Assembly (NCBI GenBank): GCA_045580815.1
Contig: JAZNOL010000095.1
Location: forward strand, 6,697-70,696
Direction of reading: 5' to 3'
Source of the DNA: Clostridia bacterium
Lineage (GTDB): Bacteria > Bacillota > Clostridia > RUG12999
DNA: 64,000 bases
The notes under the pieces are model-generated. The model was not told where the DNA came from. It saw nothing but the letters and a program-made list of their open reading frames with translations, and did not search any database. Of the stretch, positions 49,632 through 57,943 are shown piece by piece. Both the position numbers and the translations under genes were made by a program. Every line of letters starts with the position of its first letter. Position 1 is the stretch's first letter.

Positions 49632-51449
49632 ATGATGAAAGAAATTAAAAAAATCGGATTTTCGGATATTAAAATTACCGGCGGATTCTGGAAAGAAAAG
49701 CAGCGCATGGTGAAGGATGTTACAATTGATGCGGTTTATAACCGTTTTAAAGAAACCGGCAGATTTGATGCCTTTAAATGCACATGGAAAGAGGGCGACC
49801 CGATAAAACCGCATATTTTCTGGGATTCGGACGTTGCAAAATGGATAGAGGGCGTGAGCTACTGTCTTATGGAAAAACGTGATGAGCGTCTTGAAAGCAT
49901 CATTGAAGAAGTTATTGATAATATTATAAAAAACAGCGACGAAAACGGATATTTCAACAGTTATTTTCTTGTTACAGAACAGGACAAGCGGTTTAAAGTC
50001 CGCAACATGCACGAGCTTTATTGTTTCGGTCATCTGATTGAGGCGGCGGTTGCATATTATAATGCAACAGGAAAAGACAGATTTTTAAAAGCGATATGCC
50101 GCTATGCGGATTATGTTGAGAAAGTTTTCAAAATTGAAAAAAGTGCCGGGTTTATTACTCCCGGTCATCCGGAGCTTGAGCTTGCACTTATAAAGCTTTA
50201 TGAAGCAACAGGTGAAAAACGTTATTTTGACCTTGCTGCTTATTTTATAGATGAGCATGGCAATAATGACCGTGACGATGTGCTTTACGAGGGAAGCAGA
50301 AAAGAAGTAAACCAGGATGAAATGCCGCTTAAAGACAGAGATACTCTTGAAGGGCACAGCGTGCGTGCACTTTATCTGCTTAGCGGTGCGGCTGATGTTG
50401 CAAAAATCCGCAAGGATAAGCAGCTTTTTGATGCCTGCCGCAGAACTTTTGACACTACGGTTAACAAAAGAATGTACATCACCGGTGGTGTTGGCTCAAC
50501 TCATATAGGAGAAGCGTTTACCATTGATTATGATTTGCCGTCAAGAACAGCATATGCCGAAACCTGTGCCGCAATTGCTCTTGCGATGTTTGCAGGACGT
50601 ATGCAGAACGCAGAAATAAACTCCGTATATGCTGACACGGTTGAGCGGGTTATTTATAACGGATTTTTATCCGGAGTTTCTATGAAAGGCAATGCATTTT
50701 TTTATGAAAATCCGTTGGAAATTGACCCGGATTTCAACGTGGTTGACACAAGCAGCAACAACAAGCGCCGCTATCCCATAACACAACGTAAAGAAGTTTT
50801 TGACTGTTCCTGCTGTCCGCCCAACGTGGTGCGGTTTATTCCGTCAATTTCGGGATTTATGTACGGTTATACCGATGATACTTTGTATATCCATCAGTAT
50901 ATGGAGTCCGATGCAGATTGCGACGGTATGAAAATTGTGCAAAAAACCGATTATCCCTCAACAGGAAATGTTAAAATTATTGCCCGCACAGGCAAGAAAA
51001 CAGCTCTTCGTATTCCCGGCTGGTGCAGAAACTTTTCTCTTGACAGAGAATATACAATGGAAAATGGATATGCAATAATAGACGGCGACGGCGAAATAAA
51101 TATCACATTTGATATGACCGTAAATGTAATGCGTGCAAATCCGAATGTTCATGATATATGCGGAAAGGTTGCTGTTATGAGAGGACCCGTTGTTTACTGT
51201 GCAGAAGGTATTGACAACGGCAAAAATGTCAAAGACATAAGAATTTCTCCTTATGGAGAATTTAAAGAAGTCCACACAGAATTTTTGCTTCCCGGTCTTG
51301 TTACAACAGGCTATAAACAACCGGAAACAGATAGTCTGTATTATCTTGCCGGGGATAACCGGAAGGAAGTGCAGCTTACTTTGATTCCATATTATGCCTT
51401 TGCAAACAGAGGCGAAAGCGAAATGCACGTGTGGCTTTTGGAAAAATAA
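49632..51449 (+). CDS. Glycoside hydrolase family 127 (beta-L-arabinofuranosidase, HypBA1-like)
   Basis: The E-T-C and C-C zinc-site motifs of GH127 are present (AYAETCAAIA and FDCSCCPPNVVRF). The start is taken at ATG 49632 (MMKEIKK), 4 nt after RBS AGGGAGG; the ORF track begins at 49617. Confidence 0.78.
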   Translation: MMKEIKKIGFSDIKITGGFWKEKQRMVKDVTIDAVYNRFKETGRFDAFKCTWKEGDPIKPHIFWDSDVAKWIEGVSYCLMEKRDERLESIIEEVIDNIIKNSDENGYFNSYFLVTEQDKRFKVRNMHELYCFGHLIEAAVAYYNATGKDRFLKAICRYADYVEKVFKIEKSAGFITPGHPELELALIKLYEATGEKRYFDLAAYFIDEHGNNDRDDVLYEGSRKEVNQDEMPLKDRDTLEGHSVRALYLLSGAADVAKIRKDKQLFDACRRTFDTTVNKRMYITGGVGSTHIGEAFTIDYDLPSRTAYAETCAAIALAMFAGRMQNAEINSVYADTVERVIYNGFLSGVSMKGNAFFYENPLEIDPDFNVVDTSSNNKRRYPITQRKEVFDCSCCPPNVVRFIPSISGFMYGYTDDTLYIHQYMESDADCDGMKIVQKTDYPSTGNVKIIARTGKKTALRIPGWCRNFSLDREYTMENGYAIIDGDGEINITFDMTVNVMRANPNVHDICGKVAVMRGPVVYCAEGIDNGKNVKDIRISPYGEFKEVHTEFLLPGLVTTGYKQPETDSLYYLAGDNRKEVQLTLIPYYAFANRGESEMHVWLLEK

Positions 51450-51473
51450 ATTTATTTAGAAACAGGTGTTTTT

Positions 51474-52280
51474 ATGCTTATTGATTTTCACACACACGTA
51501 TTTCCCGAAAAAATTGCCGCACGGTCTTTAGAAGTACTTAAAGCAGGCATTTTAAAATGCGAGGGCATACATGCGACAGCTTATACTGACGGTACAGTTG
51601 TCGGTATACAAAAATCAATGACCGAAACTGGCGTTGATTTAAGCATTACTATGCCAATTGCAACAAAACCGTCACAGACAGAGTCCATAAACAATTTCGC
51701 AAAAACGGTTTGTTGCGGAAATATAATTTCTTTTGCAACGCTCCATCCTCAAAATGAGGATATTGACAAAATTATGGAAAATGTTGCACGGTCGGGATTT
51801 AAAGGTATAAAGCTGCATCCGGAATTTCAGCAGACCTATATTGATAGTCCGGAGACAATAAAAATTTTTGAAAAAGCCGAGAAACTAAGGCTTTATACGG
51901 TTATTCACTCCGGTGCGGATATAGGGCTTAAGCCACCGGTTCACTGCACTCCCGACAGACTTAAAAATGTGCTTGAATATGTCAGCGGAAAATACATAAT
52001 CGCCGCTCACATGGGTGCATTCCGTATGTGGGATGATGTTGAAAAACATCTGGTGGGAACAGAAATAAATTTTGATACGGCATTTCTTAACGGATATATC
52101 AATCCCGAACAATATAAACGAATAATCAAAAACCACGGGGCAGATAAAATACTTTTTGGCAGCGATTTGCCCTGGGAAAATCCGATTGATACTTTAAATG
52201 GACTTAAATACTTAAACCTTGATAATGAGGAGCTTGAAAAAATCACCCATAAAAACGCAGAAAAAATTCTCGGATTATAG
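51474..52280 (+). CDS. Amidohydrolase-2 / TIM-barrel metal-dependent hydrolase
   Basis: MLIDFHTHVFPEKIA is the His-x-His metal motif; 25-nt gap after the GH127 gene. Confidence 0.7.
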   Translation: MLIDFHTHVFPEKIAARSLEVLKAGILKCEGIHATAYTDGTVVGIQKSMTETGVDLSITMPIATKPSQTESINNFAKTVCCGNIISFATLHPQNEDIDKIMENVARSGFKGIKLHPEFQQTYIDSPETIKIFEKAEKLRLYTVIHSGADIGLKPPVHCTPDRLKNVLEYVSGKYIIAAHMGAFRMWDDVEKHLVGTEINFDTAFLNGYINPEQYKRIIKNHGADKILFGSDLPWENPIDTLNGLKYLNLDNEELEKITHKNAEKILGL

Positions 52281-52342
52281 GTTATATTTTTTGAGGTAAA
52301 ATCATATACATTGTCATAAATAAATTCAGTAGGTGATGTATT

Positions 52343-52828
52343 TTGACAAGTAGCATTGATTTTATGCCGCTTATTTTAGAAAATCCCCTGGCAATTGCCA
52401 AGATTGCAGGAAGTCCTGATTATCCCGATATAAACGGAATTGTGCAGTTTTATCAGACGAATGCAGGAGTTATTGTTGCCGCTCGTGTGCAAGGTCTTCC
52501 CAATCCTGACGACGAATGTAACAGTCCTGTTTTTGCAATTCATATTCATGAAGGCGAAAGATGCAGCGGAAATGAAACCGATTATTTTGCCGATGCAAAA
52601 ACCCATTATAACCCCGACGGCTGCCCTCATCCGTATCATGCAGGAGATATGCCTCCCCTTTTCGGTTGTAAAGGATTTGCATTTTCGGTGTTTTTGACCG
52701 ACAGATTTTCGGTTGATGAGATTTTTAAAAAAACAGTTGTAATTCACTCAAATCCGGATGATTTTTCATCGCAACCTGCAGGCAACTCAGGAACAAAAAT
52801 TGCCTGCGGGGTAATAGAAAACGTTTAA
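52343..52828 (+). CDS. sodC: Cu/Zn superoxide dismutase-like protein lacking a signal peptide
   Basis: All Cu/Zn ligand contexts are conserved: FAIHIHEGERCSG, AKTHYNPDGCPHPYHAGD, VVIHSNPDD and the C-terminal KIACGVIE. The usual Arg is replaced, giving GTKIACG. Confidence 0.65.
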   Translation: MTSSIDFMPLILENPLAIAKIAGSPDYPDINGIVQFYQTNAGVIVAARVQGLPNPDDECNSPVFAIHIHEGERCSGNETDYFADAKTHYNPDGCPHPYHAGDMPPLFGCKGFAFSVFLTDRFSVDEIFKKTVVIHSNPDDFSSQPAGNSGTKIACGVIENV

Positions 52829-52841
52829 TTTCAATAAATAT

Positions 52842-52870
52842 CCCCCGTATAACGGGGGTATTTCATTTTC
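52842..52870 (+). terminator. Rho-independent terminator (first of two) after the sodC-like gene
   Basis: CCCCCGT-ataa-CGGGGG followed by TATTTCATTTT. Confidence 0.6.
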
Positions 52871-52894
52871 GGGCATAGCCCTACCCATTACTGG

Positions 52895-52918
52895 CTGCGC
52901 ACAAGTGCGCCTTTTTAT
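52895..52918 (+). terminator. Second terminator hairpin
   Basis: GCGCAC-aa-GTGCGC followed by CTTTTTATT. Confidence 0.5.
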
Positions 52919-52959
52919 TGACCTGCCAGCCATGCGATTGTTACTTACTACCCATAAAC

Positions 52960-53215
52960 GGGTTGTTGTTTTGCAGGCTTCCCCTTGAGAGGAGGCTGTC
53001 GAGCATTGCGAGACTGATGAGGTGTAGCCGCTTTTACGGCGTATTTTATAATAACGGATTTCTTTGAAATTCTACACCTCATCCTAGTTTTGCTCCGCAA
53101 AACCCACCTGTCTCGCTATGGCTCGGTCACACACGGCTCTGACAGTTCCCCGCACTGTCATTCACTACCGTGTGAGCTTCGCCCCTCAAGGGGAAGGCTT
53201 ATGAGCAACAATAGT
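52960..53215. repeat. GC-rich imperfect long inverted repeat / candidate structured RNA element
   Basis: Nested dyads: GGCTTCCCCTTGAGAGG against CCCCTCAAGGGGAAGGC, GATGAGGTGTAG (53017..) against CTACACCTCATC (53071..), and GGTCACACACGG against CCGTGTGAGC. Local GC is clearly above the flanking sequence. No ORF of 60 aa or longer is present. Confidence 0.45.
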
Positions 53216-53335
53216 TTTAAGCTAAATTCTAGTTCGCAACAAATTTTTATTTTATTAAAAATTTAATTTTTTTCCACTCATCGGTTAACCTTTTTTGAAC
53301 CACGCGACTATCGCCTGTTTTCGTTATACAAAACG

Positions 53336-53372
53336 ACAGGGACGGAAAAACCGTCCCTGTTATTTATTTTTT
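53336..53372. terminator. Bidirectional terminator at the end of the SLH-protein gene
   Basis: ACAGGGACGG-aaaaa-CCGTCCCTGT with a T-run on the plus strand and CGTTTTGT on the minus strand. Confidence 0.55.
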
Positions 53373-54668
53373 CGCACTGTTTATTAAATCCATAATTCCG
53401 GCAAGTTCATAATATCTTAAAACATTCTCTTTATATTGTATTGTATCAATTAATACATCTTCGTATGTCAAATCTGAATCTTCGTTGATTTTATGTGCAT
53501 AGCGATAAAAAATTTCATTATTACCATCAAGTTTTGTTTCTGTTACACCTATGTAGTTCACTGCCGTCATATTTAAAAGGCGGTCAAGAAGAATGTAGAA
53601 ATCTTCTCTGTCAAGTTCTTTGTCCGGGTTATAATAAAAAGAGTCCGACTTTTTTACAACGCCGTTTTCGATGGCAAGAAGATAAACATCTTCGATACTG
53701 TCTTCTGACAAAGCTGTTCCATATGTAATCTGCATTATCAAGTTTACAAATTCATTTGATTTTACAATCATATCAGGACATACGTACTTGTTTTCCCCCT
53801 GTACAATACTATTTGCACCAATATAGTTATACAGTATAAGTGCATATCCGTAAACGTCAAATTCTTGTGTCTTTTTCAAATCTTCTGCAATGGGTACAAG
53901 CGATGTTCCTAATCCGATATTTGCATATACAGCATATTCACTTGTTGTACCGACTAATTTAGCAAGAGAAATCACCATTTCGCGACGTGTAATAAAATCA
54001 TCCGAAAAACTTTCATTAATTATCCCATAGTTTTTAAGTTTTTCCTCAATGTCATTAATATTATGAGTTTTAGGAAAAATCTCGTACATTCTCATAACAG
54101 TTACTATAGCTTCCTGTTTAGTTGTGTTATCTTTCGGATTAAAATAACCGCTTTCATCTCCGTGCATAATGTTAAGTTTTTGCATAGCAACAACTGCATC
54201 AACAGCCCAATCCGAAATGTCAGCAACATCTTTATATTCAGAAATCTCTTTTTCAAAATCCGCATTTTGTCCTGTAATCTTGTAAATATTATATAAAATC
54301 ACAGAAAGTTCTTCACGCGTTATGTTATCATAGGGCATAAATAAATTTTCACCTTTGCCCTTCACTATACCATTTTGAAATAAATATAAAATGCTTTCAT
54401 CTTCTGTGTCATAAAACGGGGTTTTTGTTGATACATCAGGTAAAATATCAACGCCTTTTGCTTTTATCATATTACATGCCAATTCACAAAATTCAATACG
54501 CGATATTTTTTTAGTATATCCGGAGGCAATGTCGCCGGCTAAAATTCCTGTATCAACGGCATTTTCCACTATTTCAACTGCCCACTCAGACGGAACATCT
54601 GCAGCATAGCATACAGCCATATTTAATGTAACTGCCACAACTAACAACCATATCAAAAATTTCTTCAT
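53364..54668 (-). CDS. SLH-domain surface protein, 434 aa
   Basis: Signal peptide MKKFLIWLLVVAVTLNMAVCYA. SLH-like repeats (WAVEIVENAVDTGILAG..., ITREELSVILYN, WAVDAVVAMQKLNIMHGDESGYFNP...TKQEAIVTVMRMY). Confidence 0.7.
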   Translation of the reverse strand: MKKFLIWLLVVAVTLNMAVCYAADVPSEWAVEIVENAVDTGILAGDIASGYTKKISRIEFCELACNMIKAKGVDILPDVSTKTPFYDTEDESILYLFQNGIVKGKGENLFMPYDNITREELSVILYNIYKITGQNADFEKEISEYKDVADISDWAVDAVVAMQKLNIMHGDESGYFNPKDNTTKQEAIVTVMRMYEIFPKTHNINDIEEKLKNYGIINESFSDDFITRREMVISLAKLVGTTSEYAVYANIGLGTSLVPIAEDLKKTQEFDVYGYALILYNYIGANSIVQGENKYVCPDMIVKSNEFVNLIMQITYGTALSEDSIEDVYLLAIENGVVKKSDSFYYNPDKELDREDFYILLDRLLNMTAVNYIGVTETKLDGNNEIFYRYAHKINEDSDLTYEDVLIDTIQYKENVLRYYELAGIMDLINSAKK

Positions 54669-54792
54669 GGTTTACCTCCTTTAACCCTCGGTTTTTATTT
54701 ATTATATCATAAATTGCCGGCTCTGTCAACAAAACAAAGCCGGCAATTTTATAGGATAATAAACCAAATACGTGTTATAGTTTTTAGAAATT

Positions 54793-56262
54793 TTATCTAC
54801 GCAATCTTCCCCTGCCTAAAAATTCTTTAATTTTTTTGAAACTAAACGGTATAAACGGATAAAAGTATCCGCTTCCGTCCACAGCCTTAATGCTTGCTGT
54901 AAATATGAAAAAGCCGACTATGCTTATACCAAGCCCCCAAAGTCCGAAAAGCTGTACCATACACAGCATCACAATACGAATAAATTTAAGGGCATAACCG
55001 AACTCAAAATTCGGATATACATACAGTGCAATTGCCAAAAACGCCATATAGAAAATTGTTTCTGCCGTAAGCCAGCCTGAGGAAACAGCATACTCCCCTA
55101 TAAGCAAAGCACCAACAATACTAAGCGAGCCACCCAGCGAGCTTGGAGTGTTAAGAGTGGAAATACGCACCACCTCAAGCACAAATTCCATCACCAGCAG
55201 TTGCACAAAAATAGGCACCTTAAACTCGCTGTTTATCCGTAGTATTTCAAGCCAGCCCGGAATCTGCTCCGGGTTGTTCATATAATACAGCCATATGGGC
55301 GTGAACACCACCGAAAACACAAGCAGCAAGGTTTTTACAATTCTATAATAAAACGCTGTAATCGGGCGAAAATAATAGTCGTTTGCATCACGCAGAAAAT
55401 CTATAAAATGCGTTGGCAGAATCATCGCCGAGGATGAGTTGTCAATAAGCAGAACGATGCCGCCCTGAAGTATTGCCGCACTGGTTTCATCAGGCCTTTC
55501 GCTGTAACGCACAACCGGATAGGGATTGTACCATTTTGGCGGAAAAAGTGCTTCGGAAAGGGTTTCCTGGTTCATTGTAAGTGCCTGAATGTCTATTGAC
55601 TCAAGTTTATTTTTCAGTTCTTTTAAAAACTTTTTATCACAAAGGTTGTCCATGTAACACACAACAATGTCGGATTTCGATTGTTTTCCTACTAAAAACC
55701 GTTCCATACAAAGCTGTTCGGAACGTATTCTTCGACGGACAAGAGCCGAGTTGAATATAGAAATTTCAACAAATCCGTCATGTGACCCACGCACAACCTT
55801 GTCTTTTTCCGGTTCGGTTGTGTCACGTTGCGGAAAACTTTTTGCATCAATGACAAAAACCGTGTCGATTTTATCAACAAAAAGTACCAGTGACCCAAGC
55901 ATCAGTGCATACGCCGAGCTTTCAAGGTCTTTTCCCGTCGCAATTTCCACAAAAGGAATGTTTGACATAAGCATATCGTTTTCGGTGAAAATCTGCCCAG
56001 GCTGCACTTTTTTATCCATCATGGAACGCAGAATCTGCGTTGATGTCTGTGCACTGGAATTGCCGTCTATAAGGAACATACCGGCTTTCTGATTCCCTAT
56101 TTTAAATGACCGGAAAATCATATCAAAGTTTTTATCGAATTTTACAAATTCTTTGAAATTCTTTACATTTTCATTTAAATCTGCGGTTATATTCATAAAA
56201 GCATACTGCCTTTCTGATATTTTTTGCAAATAGTATTTATTTTTATCTGCAAAAATATTCAT
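54793..56262 (-). CDS. GerA-family spore germination protein (GerxA / SpoVAF-like)
   Basis: Soluble N-domain followed by C-terminal TM helices; conserved GerA-family blocks (LIDGNSSAQTSTQILRSMMDKKV, IVLLIDNSSSAMILP). Confidence 0.78.
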   Translation of the reverse strand: MNIFADKNKYYLQKISERQYAFMNITADLNENVKNFKEFVKFDKNFDMIFRSFKIGNQKAGMFLIDGNSSAQTSTQILRSMMDKKVQPGQIFTENDMLMSNIPFVEIATGKDLESSAYALMLGSLVLFVDKIDTVFVIDAKSFPQRDTTEPEKDKVVRGSHDGFVEISIFNSALVRRRIRSEQLCMERFLVGKQSKSDIVVCYMDNLCDKKFLKELKNKLESIDIQALTMNQETLSEALFPPKWYNPYPVVRYSERPDETSAAILQGGIVLLIDNSSSAMILPTHFIDFLRDANDYYFRPITAFYYRIVKTLLLVFSVVFTPIWLYYMNNPEQIPGWLEILRINSEFKVPIFVQLLVMEFVLEVVRISTLNTPSSLGGSLSIVGALLIGEYAVSSGWLTAETIFYMAFLAIALYVYPNFEFGYALKFIRIVMLCMVQLFGLWGLGISIVGFFIFTASIKAVDGSGYFYPFIPFSFKKIKEFLGRGRLRR

Positions 56263-56334
56263 ATGGCGTATGCTTTTAAATTGATATTTTGTTTTAAAAG
56301 TGAAGATTTTTTATTCATGCCGTTTCACGGCATC

Positions 56335-56395
56335 CCCCATCAGTCACGCCTGTGCATGACAGCTTCCCCCAAGGCGAAGCCTTATCGCAAGCAAA
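56335..56395. repeat. Short GC-rich repeat related to the 53140..53215 element
   Basis: CAGCTTCCCCCAAGGCGAAGCCTTATCGCAAGC is about 70-80 % identical to GAGCTTCGCCCCTCAAGGGGAAGGCTTATGAGCAAC. It lies directly 3' of the stop of the 56396..57082 gene. Confidence 0.4.
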
Positions 56396-57082
56396 TCACA
56401 GACACACAAAAAACTCTCCGCTTTCGTCTATTCCCATACAAATTGCTTTATACATAATTTTACCATCATCAATTTTAAATGTTTTTTCTTCCATTTTGCC
56501 AAAGGGGTTCGTGATGTTTTTCAAAACCGGCACAGCTACAGCAATATAATGCACGCCATCCTCGTCACATACGCCCAGCATATAATGACCGCCGCTGTTT
56601 ATACTTCGGTACACATTTTCAAACGACATGACATATTTCATGATTTTATAGTTACAGGGCATAACATAACCGTTTATTTTTTGCCACAAAAAATCCATAT
56701 TTAGAAAATTATCAAAGGTAAACACAGTTTTTCTGTCAAAATAATTTTCGGATTTTTCACTTTTTTCGAGTTTTGCTTTAGGCTGGAAAAACTCTTCGCT
56801 ACCCATACAGCGTTCACCCCACATTTCAACTGTTCCCGTTCCGCTTTTTCTGTTTTTCCGGACTATTGCCAGAGCACTGGTATTTCTTTCTTTTGCAGGT
56901 AGTCTTCCACAATTTTCCGAGAGCTTTCCCAAATATGAAAGTCTGCCGTCACATGAAGCAAACACATCAAAATATTCCTCTTGTGACAGGGAATTTGTCG
57001 GATTTATCTTTATTTCGGCAACGCCGTTTTTAATTAATGCTGTTCCGCCGCCTTTTCCAGTAAATACAAATTTTTTATCCAT
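56396..57082 (-). CDS. Hypothetical protein, 228 aa, between the GerA-family gene and cwlD
   Basis: ORF track; no motif recognised. Gene order places it in a sporulation/germination neighbourhood. Confidence 0.45.
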   Translation of the reverse strand: MDKKFVFTGKGGGTALIKNGVAEIKINPTNSLSQEEYFDVFASCDGRLSYLGKLSENCGRLPAKERNTSALAIVRKNRKSGTGTVEMWGERCMGSEEFFQPKAKLEKSEKSENYFDRKTVFTFDNFLNMDFLWQKINGYVMPCNYKIMKYVMSFENVYRSINSGGHYMLGVCDEDGVHYIAVAVPVLKNITNPFGKMEEKTFKIDDGKIMYKAICMGIDESGEFFVCL

Positions 57083-57100
57083 ACCACATTCCGTTTCTTT

Positions 57101-57817
57101 TTAATTTTTCTGTAAATAAAACTTGTTTATACCGCTGAAAACAGCCGCTGCGATTTTTTGCTGATAGTCGTCGGTTTTAAGCCGTGCAAGGTCTTTTTCG
57201 TTTGACAAAAATCCACATTCCACCACAACAGAGGGAATCGAAGTATCACTTAAAATAAAAATATTTTTTGACCCGTCTTTTGCCACTCTGGTATTTTCCG
57301 GGTCATAAGTTTTCACTTCTGACTGGATTAAATCTGCAAGAGTTTTTGACTCCGGTGGTGATGCGGAATAAAACACCTGCGTTCCGAAATACTGTGGGTC
57401 GGTAAAGGTATTCATGTGAATGCTCACAAAAGCCTCCACCTTTAAATCATCTGTAATCAACTTGCGGTTTGCCAGGTCGGCAACCTTTCTCTCCCCTTTT
57501 GCAGCATCTTCGGGCGTGCTGAGGGATTCGTCATCACTGCGTGTCATAAAAACCGTGCAACCACTCATTTCAAGCAGTTTTTGAAGTTTAAGTGCAACCT
57601 GCAAATTCAAATCCTTTTCAACAGTGCCGTCACTTCCTACGGCACCGCCATCCTCCCCACCGTGTCCGGGGTCAATTATAATTACACGGTTTGAAGAGGG
57701 CATTGCCGATGCAGGCTCGCTCCAGCCAATTCCAGATGCCGCAAGAAAAACCGCTGAAATTGTCAAAATACTGATTACTGCAAAAATTGCTGTTTGTTTG
57801 CGTATTACAAAAATCAT
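57101..57817 (-). CDS. cwlD: N-acetylmuramoyl-L-alanine amidase, amidase_3 family (CwlD-like germination-specific amidase)
   Basis: N-terminal TM/signal segment; motifs VIIIDPGHGGEDGGAVG and VSIHMNTF; about 238 aa, as in CwlD. Confidence 0.7.
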   Translation of the reverse strand: MIFVIRKQTAIFAVISILTISAVFLAASGIGWSEPASAMPSSNRVIIIDPGHGGEDGGAVGSDGTVEKDLNLQVALKLQKLLEMSGCTVFMTRSDDESLSTPEDAAKGERKVADLANRKLITDDLKVEAFVSIHMNTFTDPQYFGTQVFYSASPPESKTLADLIQSEVKTYDPENTRVAKDGSKNIFILSDTSIPSVVVECGFLSNEKDLARLKTDDYQQKIAAAVFSGINKFYLQKN

Positions 57818-57943
57818 ACCAACACCTCACTAAAATTTATGCCGAAGGGTCGTGCGAAATTACAAAACAATAAATTTTTGATAAAATTTATAAAAAACCC
57901 TTTTATTTGACAGCTGTTTGTGATATAATAATAATATATAGTT

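Noticed and set aside
52829-53363. tmRNA, RNase P RNA, SRP RNA, group II intron domain V or a tRNA in the GC-rich intergenic region
   Set aside because: I could not find the T-loop GGTTCGAATCC or a CCA tail, the RNase P GGAAAGTCCGG box, the SRP domain-IV motif or a domain-V consensus. It is left as an unclassified structured element.
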